64,000 bases of DNA from Neodothiora populina (Eukaryota). Location: positions 806,001 to 870,000 of the forward strand of contig NW_027191417.1 of NCBI RefSeq assembly GCF_041146345.1, given 5' to 3'. Below, one piece after another: positions 1 through 12,642 of the stretch. Below the pieces are notes generated by a model. It searched no databases, was not told the DNA's origin, and worked only from the letters and a program-made list of their open reading frames with translations. Within the stretch, counting starts at the first letter, position 1, and the number at the start of each line of letters is the position of its first letter. The position numbers and the translations under genes are program-made.

Positions 1-689
1 GCACAAAGTTCACCATGCAACACAACCGCAAGTCAGCCACGCACAAGAACCAGATCCTAGTCAAGACTCCACCTCGCCAACTGACACTTCGATGCGCACA
101 CTGTCAGGGATCCCTAGCCAAACACATTGAGAGCGACCAAACCCAGCAGCAGCAACAGCATGGGCATCATAACCAGCAACACCACCACAACAACAGCCAC
201 AGCAGTCCCACGAGACCCGGCGGCGGCGGCGGCGGCGGGCCTTTACCACCACCCCCAGCAGCCGCAGCAGCAGCCGCGGCCGAAGCAGCGACCCGCACGC
301 GCAACACCGGCCCAGCCACAAGCACAGGAACAATCTGTCCGCGCTGCGGCCGCCACCTGCCTCGCTGCGCACTATGCATGCAATGGCTGGGCACCCCCGA
401 GCCCTTGCGCGTCAAACGACCTCTCAACAACTACCATCACCATCACCACCAGCAGCAAAACTCGTTTGGATACGCAGACAATGCCGCGGCTACAGGACCA
501 ACAAGTCTAGACCTGCTGTCAGAAAAAGAAGCAGGAGGAGGAGGAGATGCAGATGTCATGGCTGGCTTCGTGACGTTTTGCGCCAGCTGCACGCACGGCT
601 TTCACGCGCATCATGCCAGGACGTGGTTCGCTAAACATGCCATGTGTCCCGTGCCGGACTGTAGGTGTCTTTGTGGGTTGAGAGGGTAA
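1..689 (+). CDS. SEA4: 3' end of SEACAT/GATOR2 subunit Sea4 (MIOS) with C-terminal zinc-finger/RING region; 5' part lies outside the window
   Basis: Cys/His pattern CAHC..CPRCGRHLPRCALC..CASCTHGFHAHHARTWF..CPVPDCRCLC at the C-terminus matches Sea4/Mio. Low-complexity Q/H/G/P/A insertions are present. Confidence 0.8.
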   Translation, partial: TKFTMQHNRKSATHKNQILVKTPPRQLTLRCAHCQGSLAKHIESDQTQQQQQHGHHNQQHHHNNSHSSPTRPGGGGGGGPLPPPPAAAAAAAAEAATRTRNTGPATSTGTICPRCGRHLPRCALCMQWLGTPEPLRVKRPLNNYHHHHHQQQNSFGYADNAAATGPTSLDLLSEKEAGGGGDADVMAGFVTFCASCTHGFHAHHARTWFAKHAMCPVPDCRCLCGLRG

Positions 690-1056
690 TTACTTTACAT
701 CGGGGGGGAGCGGGGGCGGCAGAAAGTATGGAGTAAATATACAATGATATGGAACAGTGATAGCCCGATGGCTGTATATGCTCAGTTTCTTTCCTGAAAG
801 TTAGGAATAACATGGATAAAACGCTAAAGACAAGAAGTGGCCAGGAAGAGAGAGAAAAAGGGAGAAAAAGACGAGAGAGGCAGGTAAAAATGGAGAAGAG
901 ATGTGAGATGTTTTATTTCTTTATACAGTGACATATACATAACCCCTGCCCAGAAAGAACGACAACGGAGGAGAAGGAAAAAAAACAAAAAAAAACAGAG
1001 TGGATGGGTGGAGGTTACATATATAGATAATATGCACAATTCATTGATGATACACG

Positions 1057-1060
<4 letters not shown>

Positions 1061-1088
<28 letters not shown>
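1061..1088. repeat. (TC)14 microsatellite
   Basis: Directly visible between the convergent SEA4 and AFG3 3' ends. Confidence 0.95.
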
Positions 1089-1093
<5 letters not shown>

Positions 1094-1237
1094 GTTCATG
1101 TGGCGAGACAGATGAAGCCATCAGCACTCTCCGCGCTCAATTCCTCCGTGTTCTCCGCCTGTCCTATGCTGTAAAATGCTAACGCTTCATGGCCGACAGC
1201 CTCAGTGCCTTTCTCATTCATGCATGTGGTGGCTACG

Positions 1238-4110
1238 CTATAGCTTCTTAATCTCAAACATAGTAGGAGCGGCAGACCCGGGCGTCGGCGGCAGCGTAGG
1301 GCCATCGTCAGGCTTAGCGGTATCAGGCGTAGCAGAAGGCGGCTCGGGCGGCGGCGCGACGTCCTCGCCAGGGATCTTGCCGCCTCCAAAGTACTTTTCG
1401 AACTCTTCCTTTTCGCCCCACTGTCTGGGACCCAGCAGGCGCACGAGGTCGTCGCGCGAGAGGACTTCCTTGCGCAGCAATTCTTCGGCGACGATGCCGA
1501 TTTCCTTTCGTTTTTCCTCGAGCAGGTCGCGACATTGCTTGTAGGCTTCGTCGACGATGCGCTTGACTTCCTCGTCGATGTTGCGCGCGGTCTCCTCGCT
1601 GTAGGGCTTTTGCAGTTGTTGCGAGGTGTCGTCTTCGTAGTATAGGTAGCCGACCTTCTTGCTCATGCCCCATTTGGTCACCATTGCGCTGGCCATGCGG
1701 GTCACTTTGTTGAAGTCGTCTGATGCGCCGGATGTCACTGTGTCGAAGTGCAGTTCCTCTGATACGCGGCCGGCTAACGTCATGGCCATGCGGTCTAGCA
1801 TCTGAGTTGGGGAAATCATGATTAGTGAGTGGAGATGAAGGGAGAAAGGAACAGAAACTTACTTGATGCATGTTCATGAGGTAGGTGTCACCGGCCGGGA
1901 GGTACTGCGCGTAACCGAGAGCGCCCTGGCCACGGGGAATGATGGAAACCTTGAGTAGGGGATCTGCGTATTGGAAGTACCATCCACAAATGGCATGGCC
2001 GGCTTCGTGGTAGGCCACCGTCTTCTTCTCCTGTGGCGAGAGGACGAGCGACTTCTTCTCCAGCCCACCGATAACACGCTCGATGGCTTGTTCGAAGTGT
2101 GTCATCATGACCGAGTCTGCCGAGGCGCGTGCGGCGACGAGAGCGGCTTCGTTGACGCAGTTGGCAATGTCAGCGCCAGAAAAGCCAGGGGTGAGAGCGG
2201 CCAAACGACCCTTGAGGTAATCGATGTCTTCCTTGGTGACAATCTTCTTCAGATGCACGTCGAAGATCTGCTTGCGTCCGTCCATGGTGGGCTTGTCGAT
2301 GGAGATTTGTCTGTCGAAACGTCCGGGACGCATAAGAGCGGCGTCGAGCACATCTGCGCGATTAGTTCCGGCCAACACGATGACCTGCTCCGACGTGTTG
2401 AAGCCGTCCATCTCGGTGAGAATCTGGTTCAGTGTGCTTTCTCTCTCGTCGTTGCCACCACTGAAGTTGTTCTTGCCACGAGCCTTTCCAATGGCATCAA
2501 TCTCATCGATGAAAATAATGCAAGGGGTGTGTTTCCGCGCGTTGGCGAAGAGGTCTCGCACTCTCGAAGGACCGACACCGACAAACATCTCGACAAACTC
2601 GGAACCACTGACACTGAAGAAAGGCACGCCTGACTCACCAGCAGTGGCCTTTGCCAGGAGCGTCTTACCCGTACCCGGGGGCCCTGATAGAATAGCACCG
2701 CGGGGGATCTTGGCACCGAGCTTCTGGAATCTGGCAGGCTCCTTCAGGAAAGAAACAAACTCCATGATCTCGACCTTGGCTTCATCCATGCCTGCCACAT
2801 CGGAGAACTTGACCTTGACGTCAGTCTCGTGGTTGAACTTCTTGGCTCTGCTTCGGCCCATGCCGAAGACACCACCGCCACCACCTCCTGCACCGGAGGC
2901 AGCGCGCTTGGAGAACCAGAAGATGGCACCGATGAATAACAGAGTAGGACCGAAGCTGAAGACGGTCTCCAACCAGGGAACTTCACGAGAGTATTGGACA
3001 GGGATTCTTTCCGCGGGTGGGATGCCGAGCTCCTTCTGTGCCTCGTCGGCCTTTCTCTCAAACGCCTCGACGGAACCGATGGTGAAGTAGTATGAAAAGT
3101 TTGCATGTTGGGCGGGGCTGCGACGTAAATGTCAGTATATGAAACCAAACAAACAGGAGGGAAGGGGCGACAGCATACCTTTCGGGGTACATGGCAGCGA
3201 CAGCCTCACGGTGAAGATGGACTCGCACTCTGCTGTTGTTGATGACGACCAGTTTCTCGACGAGGCCCTTGTCGAGGAAAGTATTCCTGAACTCTTGCCA
3301 CGTAATCTCGCGCGAGTTCTCGCTAGGAGCGACCAGTCGATAGAGTAAGTACGAGGTGAAAGCAGCAAGCAGGATCGTGTTGAAGTCGAGCTTGATCTCG
3401 GTGAGGGGAGATTCGCCTTCTTTCTTCGACTTGCTCTTGCTCTTGCCGGCGCCCGGATCGTGAGCGCCAGACTTTTGCTGACCGGCGACATGGCCGTCTT
3501 CCTTGATCTCGGCCTCGAAGGTCTTCCTGGCCATGGTGGAGACTTGGCGCCACAGTTTGGCCGCGGTGGCGGGAGTCATTGTGCCCTTCTTCACTTCTTC
3601 CATCGTGTCGCGGAGTTCCTGCGGGATGCCGTCCTGGCGGATCTTTTCGTAGACCTTCTCGACGTCCTTCATCATGGCCTGAGGCATGCCCTTCTTTATC
3701 TGGTCGAAGACGTTTGATAGTTCCTTCTCTTCCTCTGGCGTCAGCGACGAGAAGCCCGGCCGTGACGAGGCGGAGGGCTTGTCGCCGCCCTTTTCCGGTG
3801 ACATGGGACCGTTCTTGCTGTAGAGGTGTTCCATGCCCTTTGCGGAAGAGGAGGGCTTCTTGTCTGTTTTGTCTGCATCCTTGGCCTTGGCCTTGTCCTT
3901 GTCCTTGTCCTTGTCCTTGTCCTTGTCCTTGTCCTTGTCCTTGGGGTCCTCAGGCTGCTGGGTTGTGTATCGGCGCGTGCGCTGGTAAGCGTAGAGAGGT
4001 CTGGGTAGCGAGGCAGGGCGGAGAGACAGAGGTCGGCCTCTGGCAGAAGCGCCCAGCGACTGCCTCGAGAGGCGGGCCAGATGCGCGGGCTGCCGTAACA
4101 GGCTGCTCAT
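1238..4110 (-). CDS. AFG3: Mitochondrial inner-membrane m-AAA protease (Afg3/Yta12, FtsH family); exons 4110-3179, 3117-1863, 1801-1238
   Basis: Arg-rich presequence, two TM segments, Walker A GPPGTGKT, Walker [21 protein letters not shown]41 motif HEAGH. GT-AG introns 3118-3178 and 1802-1862 join the ORFs in frame. Confidence 0.93.
3891..3943. repeat. (CCTTGT)8 hexanucleotide repeat encoding a (KD)n tract in Afg3
   Basis: Directly visible perfect repeat inside exon 1. Confidence 0.95.
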
Positions 4111-5217
4111 CGTAGTAACCGCCCAATGAGCACGTCGGCTACGGTGGTGATGTGTGGGATGAGAGGGAGGTGGGGGAGGGAGGAGAGAGAAGGAGGGAGG
4201 AGAGGCTTTGTGAAATGTGTCAGTCGATTCGATCAGAGTATGAGCAGATGAGAAAGAGAATGCTTACAGGTTCGTCGCAGTTGATTGAGGCTGATGATGG
4301 ATATAATTGTCTCTCAGAGTCGCTGGAGCCACTCGCCCTAGCATCTGCATCTGCATCCATGACGCTGAGTCTCGAGATACGTCGGTAACTGCCGCTCAGC
4401 GGCCTTGGCGGAGTCCACCGCCTTCCTTGTCTGTCCATTACCCGACTCCATCAATTATATCTTGCCTCACAGCTTCATTGAGTTATATGCTGTTGCACGT
4501 AAGGTAATCATGCATGTGCTGCGAAGAACATGGATGCGTGTGAGATGCTCATGAACAGGAATATTGTTTGCTTGATCCAATAATGCAACAATTTGGTTAA
4601 GTTCATCGTGGTACAATAGGTTGGTGTTCATCTCTCCTTCATGTAACGAAGTAATGTAGAACTTTACTCGAGCAACATTTGCAGTAGCAAAGGCTTGTAC
4701 ATATGGTCCTTTAGCCTGTACGATGGTCAAGGTACAACGTCGTTTCCATCCTATCTTGCCCTCCTCAAATCCGCGTTAGTGATGAGTGACGATTGGCTAG
4801 CGACTCGGCGTGGCAGATGCATGCTGCTGCTGATGAGCCCACCAGCAGACATACCGCAGGCACGCAACCATGTGCCAAGCCGCATCGGTAATGAGGACTC
4901 GGTAGGTAGCGAATAGCCTGGGATCAAGACTGGTCACGGCAACTCTGCTCACTCTGTTGTGATGGTACTGATGGCTCTCTGCTGGTGATGATCCTTGAAG
5001 CTCGGTCTTCTTTTGAAGCCAAGGTGCAGCTGCTGGTAATCAGGACAAAACAAGAGAAATTCCATAAGAATGGCCGCAACAGCCAGGTATTTTGACAGAA
5101 CTCGAATGAAGCCTTCGACGCCCGCTTTCCCAGCAGCTTTTTCTGTGCATGATAAGAGCCCGAGACATGAACGCCAGTAAGAATGAAACAATATAACGCC
5201 GATTCCAGGCATCCGAC

Positions 5218-5951
5218 TCATGCATCGACGTCCATCTCCTCTGCACCCTGTCCTCTGACGAGTCTTTGCTTCTTCTTGGACTTGAGTTTCTGCTGTGCCT
5301 TTTGTCTCTCGAGTTCCTCGACTTCCTCCTCGTCCAGCTCCTCCTCGTCCTCCTCGATGACGTCCATGGTCTCCTCTGGCTCGTCCTCGAGCGTCTCCTT
5401 GACGGCGTCTCTGTACTCCGGGGGGAGCAAGTGCTGGTGCTCTGCGACGAGCTTCTTGTCGGCCTCGAGCTGTCTCTCGCGGTTGCCCCGCATGCGGTTC
5501 TTGTAGAACTGCTTCTCGCGCTTGTTGCGAATCTCGCTGACTCTTTGCATGGCCTTGAGCGTGGTGGCGACGAGGTCACGGTTGTAACGCACAGGGACGT
5601 TGCGGCGGGCGGCGAACGACAGGGTGCTGTCGACCGTCATCTCCTTGCCGTGAGCGCGACGGAATGATTTCGTCCAGGCCAGCTTGCGCGGGTTACGCTT
5701 CATCTTGAACTGTTTGTTTGAAGGTGGTCAGATTGCGTCTGTACATCGAATGATCTTGTCAGATACAACATACGTTCTTGTGGCATTTCGACCTGCAGAA
5801 TCGGAAGACTCTGGCATCGTTTCGGACGAAAGTGATACCCTTCGATGGGTAGCACGGCTGCGAGCTGTGAGGATGTCAGAAGAGATGCGCGGTGAGTGTG
5901 AGGGAAAGAAAGCAAAACAACGGACCAGAAATAACACGTCTCGATTCTCAT
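5218..5951 (-). CDS. RLP24: Ribosome biogenesis protein Rlp24; exons 5951-5926, 5864-5774, 5709-5218
   Basis: Spliced [50 protein letters not shown] (L24e family, Rlp24 type) with an acidic C-terminal tail. Confidence 0.95.
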
Positions 5952-6352
5952 CTTGCCTGGAACAAAGAGTCAAGGCAGATGCAAAGAAATGGGAGTGACG
6001 AAAAGCGAGATAGACTGGGTGGTGGTCGATAACTATCTCTGCCTGCTCTTCTGGGGAAGAAAAGTTTGGCTTGGCACGGCGACTTTTTGGAGATTTTCCA
6101 TTCCTCATTCCTTCCCTCTTTGCTTGACTTTGAACCCCCATCAGCCCTATGGGGACAGTCGTTCCTGCCTGCGGCGAATCGACTTCACCTCCGCGTTCGA
6201 GCAGCTTCTCCGCCTTCCGGATCTCTATGAATCTCATTTCCATCCATTCAATCAATTAACCGTCTTTTCTTTCGTCCACTCTTCGCCTGACCCTTCTGTA
6301 CCGTCGTCTTGTCCACACATTCAATTCACTCTCATAACAGTCTCTCGACACC
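5952..6352. promoter_or_regulatory. Compact (about 400 bp) divergent promoter shared by RLP24 and PAM18
   Basis: Head-to-head ATGs at 5951 (-) and 6353 (+). Confidence 0.6.
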
Positions 6353-6845
6353 ATGGCGACCGCTCTCGCTCTCGGATTCGGTGTCGCAGCCGCCGCCTTT
6401 TTCGTACGTCTGCCTCGGTCTTTGCCGCCCAGCTTCCAAACGCTTTTGATCAAAGCATGCGATATGATACAGGAATAATAGCATTCACTAACAACAAATC
6501 CAACAGGGTCGCGCCGGTCTCGTTGCACTCAAGCGCTCTCGCGGTCAAGTCGGCGCAATGGGCAAAGCATTCTACAAGGGCGGCTTTGAACCCAAGATGA
6601 CTCGCCGTGAAGCCGCTCTGATCCTCGAAACCTCGTGAGTCTTTTTTTGCCCTTTCTCATCGGCATACCAAACATTGTTCCTGACATATGCATCTGCTTC
6701 CCACAGAGAACGTGGCATTACGAAAGACATAATCCGCAAGAAGCACCGTCAGATGATGCTCAGCAACCACCCCGATCGCGGCGGAAGCCCGTATCTCGCC
6801 ACTAAAATCAACGAGGCGAAAGAACTCCTCGAGAAGACGACATGA
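6353..6845 (+). CDS. PAM18: Mitochondrial import motor J-protein Pam18/Tim14; exons 6353-6403, 6507-6634, 6707-6845
   Basis: Spliced [66 protein letters not shown]. Two GT-AG introns. Missed by the ORF track. Confidence 0.93.
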
Positions 6846-7445
6846 TCTCGGTTTCCCTCCCTTTCGAAGCCGCTATATGTCTCCCTTACGACCTCCCGCT
6901 GTATTACCAACCAACACCCCGTCAGAAATTGTCTACAGATCACCAAAAACACCCTTTTCTAGGATAAGCGCGGCGTTTGGCGGCAACCTTTTTTTTTAGG
7001 CTGTATCATGGATCACTATCTTCCGTTATCGCATTTGTTGGCTATATCATGAGCATGTTTTTTATTTACTGTAAAATCGCCACTCTTCACGGCATTTCTG
7101 CGGACGATTTCCATTCGCTCCGCAATTGTACAAATATAACGTTTTTCACAAACTACATCTGACCTCTCTCGACCGAATTACAAATTAACAAAGCAAGAAA
7201 TAGGAGTTGGTGTTTGTGTATCAACAGTCGCATCTAACATAAAAAGCCAACTGCGGGAAAACGCCTCGCTCCCTTGCTTGCTCGCTCGCTCGCTCAAGCT
7301 AAGACATCTATCATGCGCACCTCTAGAGAACGTCAAAGTAGCCACCCCAGCATCATAAATCCAAGCAAAATGAACAGATATCAAAAACAAGAAACAGACA
7401 CCCGAGAACAGGGACGTTGACAACGATGACCAACAACAACCCTGC

Positions 7446-8827
7446 TCAATCTTCCAAACTCCTGACTTTCTCCACCATCTCGACAACCAAAGCCTTAAAG
7501 TCCTTTCGCCGCTCAATCGGTACGACATGCCCCTGACCCTCGAAAAACGCCTTTTTGACGCCCGCCTCCTCACCTCCCAGATCAGCAAGCATCACTTCTC
7601 CATGCGGGAACGTAATCATCCTGTCCAGGGTACCATGCACGACCATGATCCTCTCGCGCCCGATCTTGTCCGCCAATTCCCTCAATTGCTCCGGCGACTT
7701 ATGATGCCAGCCGGCGGCGACCGCCTGGGCCATGAACCCCGTGCGCCCGAAATACTGCGGCTGCGAGCGCTTGATGACTTCGCCGGCAGCGAAGCGGTCG
7801 CCGTTTGTAGGAAAGGGCTCGACAACGGCTTCGGTGTCGTCTGGTGCGTTCAGCCAGGATTCCGTGTACAGGTTTCGCTTGACGTGGTAGAGTTGCGAGT
7901 CGATGGATTTCGGGATGAAGAGGTTGATTCTGTTGCGCAGGTTCTCGATGAAGCCGACGGTGTTTACCAGCCGCGCCGCTGTGGAGACGAGGCTTAGGGA
8001 GCGGACTCGGTCGGGGATCAGGTAGGCCTTTTGGTTTCTTTTAGTTCTTTTGTTGTTCTCGCTGTTGCTGGTGTCGAAGAAATGAAAGTAGTATAGAACA
8101 TACCAATTCCTGAGCTATCATACCGCCCATACTGATGCCCACGACATGCAACTGTCGCTTCTCCGTCCAGCCCACATGGTCAAGCACTTCAATCAGATCC
8201 TTGGCCATTTCCGAAGTCGAGTATCGCATCAGCGGCTTGTCGCTCTCGCCCATGCCGCGGTTGTCGACGATCAAGGACGAGTAGGTTTCCGCTTCGGTGT
8301 GCGAGAAGTCTTTGGTTTGTCTTTGCCTGTTTTGTGTGGTGGTATTGGTTAGGAAGAGGCTGTGCTGATGGTCTCATTTTCTCCCCGGTTGGAATATTGA
8401 AATTGGTGCTTGTGCTTGGTTTGGGGGACACTCACCATGCCCATTTCATGCCTCCTAGACCCATAATCCACTGTTTTACCCGAATATACCTTGTCAGCTT
8501 GACACATCTACCATCAACGGATATACATCTCTTCCCATATCTGTGCCATAACCCTTGGATCGTCGCCCCGTCTTGGCCAGCAACCGTAGATGGACAGCAA
8601 TACAGAACACGCGAGAAGAGAAAGAACCGGTCACTCACCACCATATGTTCAGGCCCCTCGCCATGAATCTCCCAAGCCACATTGATAGGTCCCCCCTTTC
8701 TGTCTTTAGCCACAGGCAAAACACCTTTTTCCCGCGCAGGCAGATCCCATGTCGTGTAGGGAAACTCCGGGTGTTTCTTGACTTGTTCTGCTGTCAGAGG
8801 CCTAGATGATGACGAAGAATGAGACAA
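7446..8827 (-). CDS. Alpha/beta-hydrolase fold protein; exons about 8827-8639, 8470-8436, 8326-8104, 8027-7446; start codon unresolved
   Basis: WIMGLGG oxyanion region, DNRGMGES, nucleophile elbow GISMGG, HGTLD acid and GQGH His motifs. No in-frame ATG upstream of the conserved PLTAEQ segment. Confidence 0.85.
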
Positions 8828-11436
8828 TCTGCCTTTCTGGACTTGTGGTTCTGGGGTTCATGTGATGTTGAGGTGACTTGATGAGAAAGACAAGAGAACG
8901 ACGAGAGATATGGATCGTTTCTACAGTATATACAGGCGGTACGTGGAGGCGTGAGGTTGGGGACGTGGACACAATATGGCGATTGCGATTGCGGTTGCAC
9001 ATGTGCATGATCGGGCCCATATCCAATCACTCATTGCTACCCGTCCGTGTACACCAGCCGACCGCGTGCCTTTTCACCCTGTGGCTTTCCTATCCCTCAT
9101 TCTCTCAATCGCGCAGAAAGAGAGAAATAGAACACCTACATACGTACTGCTATCCACATCCGCCGCCACTATTGTATGGACTCCAGAAACATCACAATCA
9201 CAACAGGGAAAGAGAGAAAAGTTATACGTACATTCTTGCTTGCGACCCTCTTCCCACTACAGTTGTAGCAAAGGCTATGCTCGACTCTGAATCTTCTCGG
9301 GTAGATGTTCCGTGCTAGATATGTTTCGTGTCTGCGCGTTGTATACTGCGCTTTCTATCGTTCTCGGTTTCGAGCCTTATATGTTTGACCAACTCGAATG
9401 AAGTTGCGCGCGGCGCGCCCTCTTGTGACGTCGGGTACACGCTAGAGAGCAAGATTGCGGCACAGGACTAAACGAAGATGCGTAATATACTATAGCAGAA
9501 TAAGAACCTTGAAGTCTGATTCTCGAGGTGCGCCAGATATCCAATTGCTTCGCAGAACAGAGAGTAAGAAGGAAGAAGAAGAAGAAGAAGAAATGTACAC
9601 GAGAGAAAAAAAAGATGGTGATTGGCATATAGATCATCTACGCAGCCTGACTCGAATTTAATTATCTCAAGATATGGCGACCGGATTGTCGGATTTACCT
9701 ACCTTATCGTTAATCGCTCCACTAACCGACCGACCTTCCGACTAGGTACTTGTACTGTACCTACCTACTAGGTAACTCAGCTACCGTAATCGTTTTTCCC
9801 CAAGAAAATAAAGTGGAGCGAGAGCACTTGCGCTGTGCTTGCTGCTCGATAACACTCTCTTCCCAGCCTTCTTTTTCTTCTCTCTCTCGAGAAATAGGAG
9901 GGGGCTTCTCTTATGTTCGATAGTTCTTCCTTGTGACTTACGTACGTTGTTTGTTATACTATGCCTCGCTGCACGGTAAGGTAACCGAACAAAGGCAGCC
10001 GTGGAACACCAACATACCTGCTGCGACCTAGCAGATGACAACACAACAAGTCTCCCAGAGCAATGAACGCCCATCCATGACCCGGGACTGCAAGCTAGCA
10101 CTATGAATACTGTATACACAGTTATAAATCGTGCCCAGTTTCTACGTAGATCAATGGCAATCGCTCTCCATCTGCTCTCTGTTATAGTACGAGTACAAAC
10201 GTCTATAGCTAACACATCACTCTGCATGAAACAAAGCTACGAGATCTAATATAGTGGTTTTATCTATTTCTATTCCCGTGGGATACTCGTACAGCAGCAC
10301 ATAATTTCTACACATACATGCATACATACGTAGGTACACACACATATGCGATCAAGCAAGCGAGTACCTTACTTGTATCCATCCATGCATGCTGTGTAGA
10401 GGAACCCTTTCCGACTCTCCTCATCCTCCTCGTCGCCTTATCGCTTATCAGAGCCTTCTCTGTGTTAAGGTATGTTTCGCGAGAGAACCGTGATAAAAAG
10501 AGCCGAGAGATCATCACACTACGATACGGTAAGAGGCTTGGCGGGGCTCGGTAGATCGTTTGATGGTTGATAACAGTACCTTACCTATGCAACCTTTACT
10601 CTCGGCTTGTGTGATGTGAAAGTAGGCGATGGCGAGGAAGATAAGCCTCTCTTTCGGTGGAGTGTTGGCGAGCTTTAGGAATGAGGAGCCAGGACTAGAC
10701 AGGGTGGGATCCAGATGAATACACATCAGTGTGGAGGGGAGATGTTTTGTCATACAACCATTTACGGTTGGTATCGATATACGTAGCATTTTGCATACAG
10801 AGTGCCCCCCCCCCCAAGGAAGAAAAGAACAAAATGGAAAACTGAAGGTGGATCAAGTTAATGAGACCTTCCTTTTCGTCTTCTTCCTTTTCTTCCCAAA
10901 GCACTCTTGCTGGTGTATGCAAAGCCATGCTAGCTTTTCTAGGTTATGTTTGTTTGTTGGATCTGGACCCCTATCTATTGGCCATCTCATGTCGAGCTCT
11001 AGCACCGGTGTTCCTCCCTGATGCGAACTCAAGTCTTCTGCCTCTCCTCTATCTCTTCTCTCTCGTTCTCATCTGCATCATCGTGATGATTGGCAATCTG
11101 ATATGCAGCAGAGCAGGGTGGTGTTGAGCAAAATTCGCTTTCACCCGAATGTTGAAATTATTAATAAGAAAAAGAATCCTTCTCGGAAAGATCTAATAGC
11201 ATAAAGACAAGTGCGTCACCCTGTCAATCCAGGTCCTCGCCGTAGTCAGCACTTGATATATCGGCGAGGCTGGTGCCCAGTGTCGTGTCTCGTAAAAGAA
11301 TAGAAAGTCGTCGTTTTCTCCCTCACGTATCTCATTCCGCGTGACTCATCAACATGTCATGTCGTAAGTCTCGCCTGTGCAGCGTACTGCAACGCGAATT
11401 AAATACTGTCGATTTATCAATCGATGTCTGTAATAT

Positions 11437-12642
11437 TCACATCGAACCCATGCGCAGCAAGGCCTCGATGGCTTCACGTTCTTGTGAAGTCTGGTCGGTA
11501 CGAGTGGGGATGTTGTTGCTCATCTGAGGACCGAGAGTGGGAGAAATCGGTGCACCAGGCGGCCGCCTGGCGTAGTGCGGGGCTGCCCACGACTGTGGCG
11601 GCGACCGGAGGGCCCCTCCAAGATTTGGTGAAGGATAAGCAGACGGCCGCCGGGCGTCGAAACGCGAGCCTGGAATGCTGATGAGATTATAGTTCCGACG
11701 GACACTGGTCGAGGCTGCGGTAGACAATGAGGCCTTTCGCAACGTGTCGGGGCCAATGGCGGCCCAGTCCTCCTCCTCGGTCTCATCGCCAGCACTGTCC
11801 GAGGTCATCGAGTCGTCCTCGGATACCGACAGCGAGGAGCCGTCCAAGGACATTTTGTCCGCCTCGTGGCCAGCCATACTCATGTCGTCGAGATGCTCGC
11901 CAAAGGCGGACCGAGGCGCCCATGAGCCAGCCCAGCTCTCCTGGCCGGGGTCATTGCGGACGCTAGAGAATGAGAAGCCAGTCTCGTGGTGGGAGGTACT
12001 ATAGCTGCCGACGTCACTCTCGGGTGGTGAGAGCTTACCATCCCGATAAGGAGCGTTGTAATCCGGTGTGTCTCCTTTGCGATGGGCATCCCAACGACCC
12101 CAGCCAATCTTCTCGAACGCAATGTCGCCGTCGACACCGCCGCCACCGCGGCTTTCCAACGCTGCAACGACAAGGCGACGTGCCTTGGCGGGAGGAATGC
12201 GGGTGAAACCTGGCACAGTCTGAGTAAGACAGGCCATGACGTGACGGATGGCGACAGGACCGTGGCCCAGTATGATGGCGGGCAAATGGTGCTTGGCGAG
12301 CATGGCGGCGGTGATGGACTGAGAGGACTCGAGCCCGGACAGCGCTCCCTTGCTGAGGGGAACCGGAGGCTGGTCCTGGGCGGCAGCGTGGTCCACGGCA
12401 TCTTGCAAGTCGAGGTCTCCATCAATGTGCATTGGCGGAGGAGAGGCGAGGCTGACGCGCGCGACCTGGGCGGGGAGGTTGGGAGAGACGGAGTTGGGAG
12501 GGGTAAGCATGCCGGGGGCCTGCTTGAGAGCAGCAGACATGGCGCCGGTATGCTTAGTGTTGTATGGCATGGCAGAAGTGGTGCCAGACGATGAGGAGGA
12601 GGCAAATGCCATGGCAATGCCAGAAGTCGCCGGTTGAGCCAT
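11437..12642 (-). CDS. STB3: Stb3-family (Sin3-binding / RRPE-binding) transcription regulator, intronless
   Basis: Stb3 domain ITAAMLAKHHLP..GPVAIRHVM..VPGFTRIPPAKARRLVVAALE..FEKIGWGRW, followed by ETEEEDWAAIG and C-terminal EREAIEALL. Confidence 0.85.
   Translation of the reverse strand: MAQPATSGIAMAFASSSSSGTTSAMPYNTKHTGAMSAALKQAPGMLTPPNSVSPNLPAQVARVSLASPPPMHIDGDLDLQDAVDHAAAQDQPPVPLSKGALSGLESSQSITAAMLAKHHLPAIILGHGPVAIRHVMACLTQTVPGFTRIPPAKARRLVVAALESRGGGGVDGDIAFEKIGWGRWDAHRKGDTPDYNAPYRDGKLSPPESDVGSYSTSHHETGFSFSSVRNDPGQESWAGSWAPRSAFGEHLDDMSMAGHEADKMSLDGSSLSVSEDDSMTSDSAGDETEEEDWAAIGPDTLRKASLSTAASTSVRRNYNLISIPGSRFDARRPSAYPSPNLGGALRSPPQSWAAPHYARRPPGAPISPTLGPQMSNNIPTRTDQTSQEREAIEALLRMGSM

Noticed and set aside
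1971..3090. Long antisense ORFs over AFG3 (similarly over VAM7, STB3, STM1, PFF1 and the J-protein)
   Set aside because: Shadow ORFs expected from high-GC3 codon bias, with no recognisable domains.
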